Assembly (NCBI RefSeq): GCF_018350175.1
Contig: NC_058368.1
Coordinates: forward strand, 60,514,001-60,578,000
From: Felis catus
Taxonomy: Eukaryota
Direction of reading: 5' to 3'
Length of the DNA stretch: 64,000 nt
In this document: in pieces, positions 52,993-64,000 of the stretch
How positions within the stretch are numbered: position 1 is the stretch's first letter
How the letters are laid out: every line of letters begins with the position of its first letter
Notes under the pieces: model-generated
Told to the model about the DNA's origin: nothing
Databases searched by the model: none
The model's input: the letters and a program-made list of their open reading frames with translations, nothing else
Position numbers and translations under genes: made by a program

Positions 52993-53820
52993 TTGTAGAT
53001 GAATAGGCTTCAGAGAAGGTGTAGAGGTAAATAAAGACATTCTTAAAACATACAGACTTATGCTCCACAGAGCAATAAGAGAGATGTACTAATGAAACTG
53101 GGTTGAAGAAATATTCAACAAATGATAGAATACAGAGTTACTTAATGCTTATTTTATAGTCAGTTATCATAGTTATTTATAAAGAATTTCCTAAATTCCT
53201 CAATCTAGTCTGGCGTCTGACCCTCCCTTCTCCTAGAGGCAGTGCATATAGATGTATCCATTATTAAATGTCAATTAGGTAATTACTCCACCATTTGCTG
53301 GACCATGGACAAAAGCAGCAACAATAAGACAACAAAATAGCACAAACTAAAAAGGAATATTCCTCAAAAGAACTTTATCAATCCTCATGATGAAAATTGC
53401 AAACATTTATCAAAAACTATAAAAATATCTCAGTAAATGGAGACTCCTACTTTGGTTGTACTTTTTAGAATTGTCATATTTTGTATGATGAACATATGTT
53501 ACTGATTTAATAATAAAAAACATGGACAATCTAATAGCCAGTGTTGCATATAATAGTAAAGCAGGGACACATTCTCATAAATAAAAGGATGATTTCTGTC
53601 ACCACTTAAGAAAATATTTTTGTAAATTCTGTCCATATAATATAGAAATTAGTAATATTAAGTCTAACAAATGAAAAAGGGAAAGGTAGTAATTAATATT
53701 TTTAGCAGCATAATAATGTGTAACAGGAATTATTTTTTAAAATATTTTTAAAATTTCACCCAGAAATTTTACTTCTAGGAAATAGTCAAACAATTTTTTC
53801 TTAAAAAAAAAAGCGTTTAT

Positions 53821-53983
53821 GGGTGTCTGGATGACTCAGTCGGTTGGGTATCTGACTTCAGCTCAGGTCATGATCTCATGATCATGGGTTCGAGCCCTGT
53901 GTTGGGCTCTGTGCTGACAGCTAGAGCCTGGAGCCTGCTTCGGATTCTGTCTCCCTCTCTCTCTCTGACCCTTCCCTACTCAA

Positions 53984-54015
<32 letters not shown>

Positions 54016-54044
54016 AAAAATAAATGAATGTTAAAAAATTTTTT
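53821..54044 (+). mobile_element. CanSINE
   Basis: TSD AAAAAGC(G/A)TTTAT at 53808-53820 and 54045-54057. Confidence 0.95.
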
Positions 54045-54169
54045 AAAAAGCATTTATTGCTGTTTTATTTTCTAGTATTTGTAGTAATAATGAATTTCAC
54101 AGAAATTGAATGTTCAACAGTAGTGTAATGTTTAAATTATGGTCTTTACTCATTATCTGATTATTCTAA

Positions 54170-54202
54170 TTTTTTTAGTGTTTTTTTTAGTGTTTATTTA
54201 TT

Positions 54203-54252
<50 letters not shown>

Positions 54253-54417
54253 CAAGCAGGCGAGGGACAGAGTGAGAGGGAGACACAGAATCTAAAGCAG
54301 GCTCCAAACTCTGAACTGTCAGCACAGAGCCTGACATGGGGCTCGAGCCCATGAACCATGAGGTCATGACCTGAGACAAAGTCAGATGCTTAACTGACTA
54401 AGCCATCCAGGTGCCCC
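54170..54417 (-). mobile_element. CanSINE
   Basis: T-rich tail, long (GA)n, head AGCCATCCAGGTGCCCC. Confidence 0.95.
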
Positions 54418-54426
54418 ATCCCCTTA

Positions 54427-54462
54427 TTTTTTTTTTTTTACTTTTATTTCTATTTTACTTTT

Positions 54463-54508
<46 letters not shown>

Positions 54509-54653
54509 AGGGGAGAGGGGCAGAGGGAGAGAGAAAGAAAAATCTTAAGCAGGTTCCATGGAGCCCGACGTGGGGCTCAGTCTCACGACCTGGGATCATG
54601 ATCTAGCCAAAATCAAGAGTCTGATGCTTAACCAACTGAGCCATCCAGAAGCT
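54427..54653 (-). mobile_element. CanSINE (older subtype)
   Basis: (GA)n, AATCTTAAGCAGG, AAATCAAGAGTC, CTGAGCCATCCAG. Confidence 0.9.
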
Positions 54654-56199
54654 CTTCCATCCTTCCCCTTCTTTTTCTCTCCTTTCTTCCTCTCTGCCTC
54701 TCTACCCCTCTCTTTTTCCTTGTCTCCCTTTCTTTCTCTCTGTTGTTACTCTAGTGTTGGTAAAAATAATTTCTATGCATTACAGCAAAAACAAAACACT
54801 GGTAGAGTTTTAATCAGATAATTTATATGGTCATATTTATGTGACAAAAAAAAATCACTTTGACTATGATGCACAGAATGGGCTGGGGGAAGGGGCAAAC
54901 TGCATATGCCTATCTTATTTAGGAAGCTACCACATTATTACACAGCTGTGAGATAATCTGCTGTTTACATATGGAAGGAAAGAAATAATTTGAGAAATAT
55001 TCAGGGGATAAAAATGATTTAATTTGGTGATTGATTAAATATTAACAATGAGGGAGGTGGAAATCTTGGGAATGATACTGGGATTTTCCTTTTCCATAGC
55101 AGCATCCTGTGGAATAAACAGAGTGTGGGCATAAAATCTGGGTGGAGCTGGTTGCTTCCATAGCATATCCTCCCAAATGGCTTGCTGTGTCCTTGGAAGG
55201 TGTCTCAGAGATCACTCTTTCGGAAGGCAGGTGGCTCTGCTTATCACCTACCTTTCTCTTTCCTACCTTCAGTGTAAGAGTCAACATTGCTTATGAGGAC
55301 CCTAAGCTCTTCATTGACTCACTGGGGCTAGGCAGAAGAAAATAATCTTTTTCATGAAATTTTTTTCACATATTTTGCCCCACAAAGAAAACAAACGTTA
55401 ATTTTATTGGAGGAAAGAGAGGGTAAATATTTTAAATTACAAAAAAGATGCATTTGTATATAACATGCAATTTCAGATTTCTCCATGCTTGCAAGTGTGT
55501 CTATAAATACACTATGACCCAATAGTATAAATGATTATCACTTGGTTAGAGGATTTTAGTTGACTGTTATTGTCTTTCTTTTAGCTTTCCTGTGTTTTGA
55601 AAAAATTCCTAATTTAGTGTTTCCATTATAATCATAATAAAAACAAGTTGTGTTAAATTCCTATATACATTTTTACTATCTCTGTGACCATGGGGTATTT
55701 CACTAGTCTCCAAGCCCTAGGATACTCATCTGTACAATAAGAACAATAACAACATCTGTATCACACATTTGTTTAGATTATTTAGATCCTGCATGTAAAG
55801 CGTGTATCTCTGCTGGCTTAAAGACACATTACATGATCACTGTTATCTCTGCTGTTTATTACTGTTATCTATTAATGCCATTACTATTCAAATTTTTAAT
55901 GTCTTTAGCTTCTTATTGTAAAACTTAGCCAGGAAGTCTGAACGGTTTTAACCAAGAAATCAATGGAATCACAAGACAAATATGTGCCTTTCCTTGAGCT
56001 ATGAGAGGAAGGTGATTTTAAGCAATTGGGTATGTAAAACACTTGAAAAATCACTTAAACATTAAATATCACAGGTATATTTGATGTACATTGCAAAATA
56101 TCAAGAAACATTTTATGGCAAAAACAAAGTTTCAAAGCTATCTCATTTGCAGTAGACAGTTTCAGACTTCAGCCTGCATAATCCTCATCCTTTTTTTGT

Positions 56200-56780
56200 A
56201 TGTGTGTAATGACAGTGTTTTTGCAGCTGAGTTATCCTTCTAAAGTAAAGCTCTGATCAAGTTACTTCTTTACTTTGATAATATTTTCAATGACTTCCAA
56301 CTTCCTATAGAATAAAACCAAATTCTTTAGTGTGGAGCTTGATTTCCTTCAGCTCAACTGGCTTTTAGTGCCATTTCTTTCATTATACTTAACTCTACAT
56401 GATTTTTGCTTCCATTAGAAAAGCCCTGTATGCCTTGGCTAACATGATTGCTCCCTAAAATATCACCACATCTTCCTAATCTTTGCTTGTCAAAATCTTA
56501 CTTGCTCTTCAAGATCCAGATCAAATGTTACTTCCTTTGCCAAACAGCCCCCAATTTCCCCACTGTGGGAATAAATACCCCTAAGTTCCAGTGGTCTTTT
56601 AAATGTGTCTATTACAGTATGTATTGCATATCCATTTTACCTTGACAAATAGAGTTACCAGCTACATTCTTTCTTTAACCTCATTCTAAGCTACTTAAAT
56701 GTGCCCCTCCCACTCAGTGCAAATACAGGCATGCTGTTTTGCATATTTAGTCCCACAATTAGAGTTTGTTAAATTCTTTT
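56200..56780 (+). mobile_element. Decayed L2 fragment
   Basis: CAATGACTTCC...TAGAATAAAACCAAATTCTTTAG and CTCTTCAAGATCCAGATCAAATGTTACTTCCT. Confidence 0.6.
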
Positions 56781-58209
56781 CGTAAGTGATTTACCCACTT
56801 ACTTTATCAAAGTAAGTTCTTTCATCTTCATAATGAGGGAGTTGGAGATTATCTCTAATGCTCCTTCCAAATTTAGTGTACCATCATGGAAACAGTGAGC
56901 TGTCCTCTCTCCACATGAGAACTGGGTGATAAGATTGCCTCTGAGAACTACATCACCACACAATAGATGTAATTAGCCATCTGCTGGGAGTAACTCAAAC
57001 TGTCTCTAAATGTATTACTGAAAAGTTATGGAATTCCTAAGTCCCCCATCAAAGTGGCCTGTAATCATCTCAGGATGCAAGACTAGAATGGGGCAGTAAT
57101 TTAAGTAGAAACCTAATCGACCATAGGAAATCTGTGTGGAGAGAGATAGTGAATACTTTTTGCAACTAAGCTCTTAGGGAAGGTAAACCTAAAGAGTCAA
57201 ATCTGTGCAGAGTGGTTAGCACTTTGGGGAATAAGCCCATGAATTAAACTCATTTGATTCTAAAAGCTGTTATTATCCATACAGGGAAATTTTCCCATTT
57301 TTCTCTTTTTAAAATTTTATTCTTACCAATGCAGTTGGATTCTCATATAGATATTCATTAAAGACACAATATGATGGCAACACTAGCACAATCATGTCAG
57401 CTAGTGAAGGGGTATTTCTACTGCAGAAGCTCAAAGATACAACTAGAATGAAAGTAAACCTCTGCTTAGAAAATCAGGAAAACATTTGAAATCTCTCTCC
57501 TTCATCACCTTACCACTACACACTGACATCTACCATATGGCAGAATAGTCTTGAAAGGCCAGATAGTTGTTTTAAAATAATTCTCTTTGGTTTCTTCTGT
57601 TTTATCCAGGTAGATACTCTTAGCCAGATAGCCATAATTTCCTTCCATCAAAATGCTGAAAGTATATCTGAAATTGTGAGAGCATATCCAAAAGTGAAAA
57701 TTGTAATTGAGTCTAAAATTCAAGTAGGAAGAGAGAAAAGACAACTCTCTAGAAGTCAGACATCAAAATCCACCCTCCTACTACTCACCTCGGGGTTTCT
57801 AAGGACTATATACACAAGTTCAACGCAAGTTCAAAAAATACTGATTTTGGAGAAGCTTGAGATTGTACGGTTTTCTTGGTTAAACAAGGAAACTAATACA
57901 CACAAATTGCCATGAACCCAACTGATCTATATAGCTCCTACTTGGGAAAATATTCTAAAATCTGTAACATTGCTCATGTTTTAAGGAAATGTATGGCTAT
58001 GTTTCTTGTGTTAAGTAAAGACCGTTCTGGCTTATAGGTTTGCTATAAATGTAGAATCACACCAGAAAGACATGAAATCAATATCCTGGGCTTCCTACCA
58101 ATATTGTTTTAGAAAAATATACATATTGTTTGAGCACTAGTGTCTGGGACTCAGTAGAGACTCAATATTTGTGGATGAAGGAATAAACAGGAATTTTTTT
58201 TATAACATG

Positions 58210-58390
58210 CTCATACCATGAGATAATAAAATTTCCCCTTTAAAAAAATATTTCACAACAGATGAGGAAACTGAATTTTAGGAAGACAAATTTCAAAGAG
58301 CCAGCCCTAGGAAACCTAACTATGAAGCGGCAGAATGGAGTCTCAATCCCAGGTCAGCTGGGTTCGAAGCCTACCTTCTTTCCTAATGCC
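58210..58390 (-). mobile_element. MIR
   Basis: ACAGATGAGGAAACTGA...GGCAGAATGGAGTCTCAATCCCAGGTCAGCTG. Confidence 0.7.
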
Positions 58391-58606
58391 CATGTGGCAA
58401 AATTACTCCTCTTCCCTTTCAAAATACTTACTTTAATATGTTTTAAATAAAGCTGTTACTAAAGAATAGTAATTAACAAATCTTTTTATACCTATTCAAG
58501 CTGCATCATAAAATGCACTAAATTCACTTTTCCAGCAATGCAAGATTGATGGAAAGAAGGCAAAATTAACCCACATCCAACCTAAGTCTCCTCTGATATA
58601 ATTTTT

Positions 58607-58813
58607 TGATTTTTTTAATGTCTACTTATTTTTTAGAGAGATAGAGCATGAGCAAGGGAGGGGCAGAGAGAGAGGGAGACACAGAATCCAAAGCAGGCCC
58701 CAGGCTCTGAGCTGTCAGCACAGAGCCAGACGTGGGGCTCAAATTCACAAACCATGAGGTCGTGACCTGAGCCAAAGTCAGATGCTCAACCGACTGAGCC
58801 ACCCAGGTGCCCC
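58607..58813 (-). mobile_element. CanSINE
   Basis: TSD TCTGATATAATTTTT at 58592-58606 and from 58817. Confidence 0.96.
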
Positions 58814-59652
58814 ACTTCTGATATAATTTTTGAGCACTGATTTATGACATATGTAGTTATATAAATGTCTCATTTAGTCTTACCTTTGTCATCATTATCA
58901 CCATTGTGTCTTGCATGCATTTATTGTATACATTTACAATGTATAAGACTGTAAGTTTTTATACATGAAAAATTTTCACACATTTGGAATAATCCTTACA
59001 ATAATCATGGTCCAGAAGTATAATTTCCATTTTATGGATAAGTTTTAAGATTCAGAGAATTTAAGACACTTGACTAAATTAGTTTCTATAGGGTTTCAGA
59101 AACCATTTCCCCACATTTCCTCTGCCTCCATTTGTGATTCAAGAAAGACACAGTGGTATCATTTTATAATGTTTCTCAAAAGACCAACGATTAAAATCTC
59201 AACATTTGCCTTTTTATGGGAAGGTAGGTTTGGATACTAGATAGAACATTTAAAGGATTAGCCATTTCATAAAAGCATGAAAATGTCCAGACCCACCATC
59301 AGTGACCTTTGTTAATTCTCTTCATACATTGCTTACCATTTTCCAAGTTCTAGCTGTATTTTGAATGATCACATATCCTATTTCCTTCATCTGAATTTTA
59401 AAATTCTGTTGCCTTTGCATTTTGGATGTCACAAAGTCAAAACCATGTTCTAACTGGTTTTGTTTCGAGTCTTGGCCCACGCAGATATGTGTGCAATAAT
59501 GCAACCTGTCTAAACAGTATCACTATTTATTATTGCTAAACCACATCAAAAATGATACTGAAGAAATTTAATCTACAATCAGTTATTAAGTACCTATTGT
59601 GATGAGTGATTTGTGGTAGATGTTTTTAGCAAACAAAACTAATAACTTCAAT

Positions 59653-60234
59653 TGAAGGGTAGCAAGATATGCCACCCCAAAATATGCCACGCTGGCATAA
59701 GGATGATTTTGAGCTGAAGGTAATTGAGAAGAAGCCAATACAAAAAAAGCTCTTTGCCTTCCCCTATTTGTCTAAAAGTGGCACATAAATTTATAAGGGT
59801 GTCCCTCATCCCAACTCTGCCAGAAAGAACAAATGTTAATCCCAGGAGATAACTTTAGACTCTTATCAGAGAAAGGGGCACTCATTTGAATCTTCATAGC
59901 AACACTTAGTCTTCTTGGCCATGCTTTCCCTGGGAATTGTCCCATAACTGGCCTCTGTCACCCCTTTCTTTCTTTGGCCTTTAGCTGAAGATGGTATCTA
60001 AACCAGAGTTCCCAGCTACTTCTGAGCATTACTCATTTTCCCCAGGATATTTACTTAAAGTATACACGTTAATAATTGTATAATTGTTATACAATTATAA
60101 TATATATTGTATAACATATACAATTGTATATATAATTGTTAATAATTGTTTTTCTATTGTTAATCTGCCTTTTATTACAGGGATTTCAACAGAGAACTAG
60201 AAGGAGTACAGGGAAGGTTATGTCTTCTTTTACA
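59653..60234 (+). mobile_element. Solo LTR, ERV1 class (MER34-like)
   Basis: TG...CA termini with 4-bp TSD CAAT (59649-59652 and 60235-60238); ATATGCCACCCCAAAATATGCCAC..TGGCATAAGGAT.ATTTTGAGCTGAAGG start. Confidence 0.88.
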
Positions 60235-60394
60235 CAATCTTCAGAAAGTATGTGTCACTTGGAGATTTAACAGAGGTGTGTATCTCCTGCTGGAACAGCA
60301 TACTAATGAGAGAATGGGCTGGCTGTTGCTATATTCCTACAGAGAACGTTCCCGACCATTTATAGTTCAGTCATGCATTAATCATGAAAGTCTT

Positions 60395-61565
60395 TTCTCC
60401 AGCAAAGACATACAAATGGGCAACAAGTATATGAAAAGATGCTGAATGTCACTAATCATCAGGGAAATGCAAATCAAAACCACAATGAGGTCACCTCACA
60501 CCCATTAGAATGGCTATTAGCAATAAAACAAAAGACAACAAGTGTTGGTGAGGAACTGGAGAAATTGTAAGCTTTGAGCAATGTTTGTGGGAATGCAAAA
60601 TACTGCAGCGACTGTGGAAAACAGTATGGGCGTTCCTCAAAAAATTAAATATAGAACTATCATATATTCTAGCAATTCTAGAACTTCTGGGTATTTATCC
60701 AAAGCAATTGAAAGCCAGATCACGAAGAGATTTTAGCACTCCCATGTTCTTTGAAGCATTATTCACAATAGCCAAGAAGAGGTAAAAACAACCTAAATGT
60801 CCATCAACAGATGAATGGATAAAGAAAATGTGTATATTTACAATGGGATATTATTCAGCCATAAACAAAGAGAGAAAGACCTGCTTTATTTTCTACAGCA
60901 TAGATGGACATGAAGGACATTATTTTAAGTGAAATAAACCAGACAGAGGAAAGACTAATACTACATGGCTTCACGTATATATGAAATAAAAAAAAAAAAA
61001 GAGTCAAACTCAGAAACAGAGACTAGAATGGTGGTTTCCAGTGGTTGGGGGTTGAGGGAAAATGGAAGAATATTAGTCAAAGGCTACAAACTGTTAGTTA
61101 AGGAAGATGAACAGGTTCTTAGAGATTTGCTTACAGCATCGTGAATACAGTTGACAATACACTATTGCACACTTAATCGTTAAGAAAATAAATATCATCT
61201 CCTTCTCTCTCTGCCCCTCCCCCATTCATGCTCTGTCTCTCTCTGTCTCAAAAATAAATAAATGTTAAAAAAAATTAAAAAAAAAAAGGGGGGCGCCTGG
61301 GTGGCACAGTCGGTTAAGCGTCCGACTTCAGCCAGGTCACGATCTCGCGGTCTGTGAGTTCGAGCCCCGCGTCAGGCTCTGGGCTGATGGCTCAGAGCCT
61401 GGAGCCTGCTTCGGATTCTGTGTCTCCTTCTCTCTCTGCCCCTCCCCCATTCATGCTCTGTCTCTCTCTGTCTCAAAAATAAATAAATGTTAAAAAAAAA
61501 TTAAAAAAAAAGAAAAGAAATATCATGTTAAGTGATCTTTCCACCATAAAAATGAAAAAAATAAA
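60395..61565 (+). mobile_element. L1MA/MB-like 3' fragment (ORF2 C-terminus and 3'UTR), interrupted by a SINE concatemer
   Basis: WECKILQRLWKTVWAFLKKLNIEL peptide; ATCAGGGAAATGCAAATCAAAACCACAATGAG; GACTAGAATGGTGGTTTCCAG. Confidence 0.9.
61199..61512 (+). mobile_element. Young felid SINE (61288-61512) preceded by a copy of its own 3' ~90 bp (61199-61287)
   Basis: Both parts lie within one AAATATCAT duplication (61190-61198 and 61518-61526). Confidence 0.95.
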
Positions 61566-61579
61566 ATGAAAGAATAATC

Positions 61580-61792
61580 AGGACAGAAAGTAGAATGGTG
61601 CTGGGAGACGGGCATGGGGCATTAGTGTTAAGGGTTTAGAATTTCAGGTTGGCAGGATAAAAAGTTTCTATAGATGGATGGTGTTGATGGTTACACAATA
61701 ATATGAATGTACTTAACACCACTGAACTATACACTCAGAAATGGTTAAGAGACTGCATTTTATGGTATGTATATTTTACCAGAATAAAAAAG
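61580..61792 (+). mobile_element. L1MB-like 3' terminus
   Basis: GACAGAAAGTAGAATGGTG...GATGGATGGTG.TGATGGTTACACAA...ACTGAACTATACACT...TTTATGGTATGTATATTTTACC. Confidence 0.85.
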
Positions 61793-63049
61793 AAATTGGG
61801 AAAAAATTTAAACATCAGTGCAAATTTGGCCTTCTACACTGTAATATATGGTTTGTTTTATTCCTTAAAGAAAAACAAACAAGCACACAGATACAAAACA
61901 ACATAAAACAAAACAGTATCAGTGGGTCAGATCCATGAAGTCAGCTTTGATGGCTAAAGTCACAACAATGTCAAAGATCCAGAGAACTGAAGGAATCAGA
62001 GAATTCTAGTGATCACCTTTAGCCTGAAAACTTACACCTGTGAAGCCTAACACTGACTATATTGACACAATGCCAAAAGTTAGGAGAAGGGTGAAAATTA
62101 ATGAATGACACAGATTTTCCCAAATTGACCTAATGTTCATTGGTATAAACTGATGTTCTTTAAATACACTGTGAGTATCCTATGAAATATAAGATACTTT
62201 ATGACCACAATTTCATTCTACTATTATGTAATTGTTATGCTATCTTAAAATGAATGCTTTGTCATTAATTAAAACTTGGATATTTTATTCTTGAATACAT
62301 CCATAATGGGAAGGAAAGTTTCAGAACCCACTCTGATTTCTATCTCACCATATATCAGTGTAATTTTATCAATACAAGTTATAAATATTTTATTGCCCAT
62401 TTGAATGAAAGTAGAAAGGATTTCATAGTTTCAAAGAGGTAACTTTCTCATTAAGATGTCTAGTTAAAAGTATTAAATATATTATAACATTGTAAATTAA
62501 TTTAACCTAGTTGTGATAAATAAACCATGCATTTTATCACATTCACAAACTATTCGACAATAAAATTACACTTTGCCAGTACCTGAAAGTTACAAATATA
62601 AAGTAATAGTTTTCTATTTGCACAGAAACAATGCTTCATTTTCTTCTAGGCTACAGAAAAGCAGCAAAAGAGATAGATCAGGGGTTGTCTGTTACTGTCT
62701 CTCTTCTTGCCAGAGGGTTTTCCCTATAAAACATATTGGACCATGAATAAGAGTGCCAGAGAGGGTGAAAAGGCAGAAGTGCAGAGAATCAAGAAGTTCA
62801 AGCTCTACTGGACATACTTTAACGAAGTGTAACAGAAGGAACATTCTTTCTCAGAGAAAAACAGATATTACACAGTTTAGGGTTGGGTTCCTATTATTGT
62901 GTCAGTACTTAGATCTGTTATATTTTATGGGTGCTTTCTTTTAATCAGTCTTGCTCTCTTTTTTGAATATTCAAAGTATTGGTTGAACTTGGATTCAACA
63001 AATTAATTCACATGAGACAAGATGTGGAAACAACCTGGGCTTTCTCCCT

Positions 63050-64000
63050 TAGCTTTTGAGTGTCTTCCTCTACATTAAACCAAGTCTAGTGCAGCATTTC
63101 CAATTCACTTATTAGGGCCACCTTTTGGTTCATGTTTCAGACAAACAACCAAAGTAACTCCCTGAGCTGCAATATTAAAGGCAGAATCTTTGCTTACTGA
63201 GCTTATGTCAATAAATTCAACTTGCTCCAACTTTACACTCCTTCCACCATTATCCTACTCTGTTAATGTCCATTCCCACCCATCTTGCACAGATTTCTGT
63301 CTCTATAAAATATATAACTCAAGTAGTTCTTTTGGAGTATTGTGCGCAGCCTCGTGGTCCCTACTTTATACCTCATATTTACAGACCTGCTGGTATGTGA
63401 GTCTAGTTACCTAGAAGTAAAGAGGGATGTGAGGCTGTGTCCTGAGGAATACTGGGATCGTCTTTCTTGCCTGACAACTGCCTCAGGAAGCATATTACAA
63501 CCCTCAGGGAATACAGAGTAATCATCTCAGATGGGGGTGGAAAGGCTGCTCCCACTGGGGTTGGGGAGGGCTCTTCCACTGGCAAAGAAGACTCATCAGA
63601 ATTTAGGGGTTCAGTTTCTCCCATCAATATCTTCCCCATTTTCCTCATTCCATGATCCCATTCCTTCTCAAACCATGCTCTCACTTTAACAGAGGCACCC
63701 TATAAGCCCGGGAGTTTAATATACATTGTAACTCATCAAGTCACAGGATGAGATTTTGGCTTTGATTTTTCCGGAGCCCATGCCTAAAATTACAGGAGAT
63801 AAGGGCCTTCTTCAGGGTACACACAACTTTCAGATCACTTATGTCAGACTTGAGCTGGGAATGTGAATCCCTATCCTCATCCGTTTCTTTCCCCATTTTG
63901 TCCAGTGACATGAGGAACTAGACAATCTCATTATATTTATTAGTTTGCCAAAAATGTGTGAGAGTATCACCCAGCTGCTTCCTTCTCATAGGGAGTATTT
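63050..64000 (-). mobile_element. ERV-L internal region, degraded gag (runs off the window edge)
   Basis: Minus-strand peptide RAWFEKEWD...GETEPLNSDESSLPVEEPSPTPV..AFPP resembles ERV-L gag VRALIGKEWDP...GDTE.VNSDE..LPEE.ASP.PV; stops and frameshifts present. Confidence 0.82.

Noticed and set aside
62640..62944. Acceptor TTTTCTTCTAG plus the 63-aa ORF at 62753
   Set aside because: No continuous open frame from the acceptor and no recognisable peptide.
1..64000. A novel multi-gene system, NUMT or intact endogenous virus
   Set aside because: No intact long ORFs, no mitochondrial-like genes and no pol/env seen; coding-like signal is explained by known retroelements or chance.

Overview
AT-rich, repeat-dense mammalian genomic DNA, almost certainly from a felid: it carries about 23 tRNA-derived CanSINE (SINEC_Fc-type) copies and a carnivore LINE-1. 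I found no host protein-coding exon, functional RNA gene or CRISPR array, so the window reads as intergenic or deep intronic. The main feature is a full-length but inactivated L1 (1918-9538) with a perfect 17-bp target-site duplication (TSD), a CpG-rich 5'UTR containing a triplicated ~225-bp unit, a SINE inserted in ORF1 and a broken ORF2. Also present: old L1M/L2/MIR fragments, MaLR and ERVL LTRs, a solo ERV1-type LTR, an ERV-L gag remnant at the right edge, and hAT (MER5, Charlie1, MER58) and Tigger DNA-transposon fossils. Subfamily names come from recalled consensus sequences, not a database search. I see no support for a novel biological system. The most interesting signals are mechanistic footprints: a 1.4-mer SINE concatemer inside one TSD, two hAT elements sharing one 8-bp target site, a fold-back templated insertion in an LTR, a mutated YY1 site and a CTCF-like motif in the L1 promoter, and a closely spaced inverted SINE pair.
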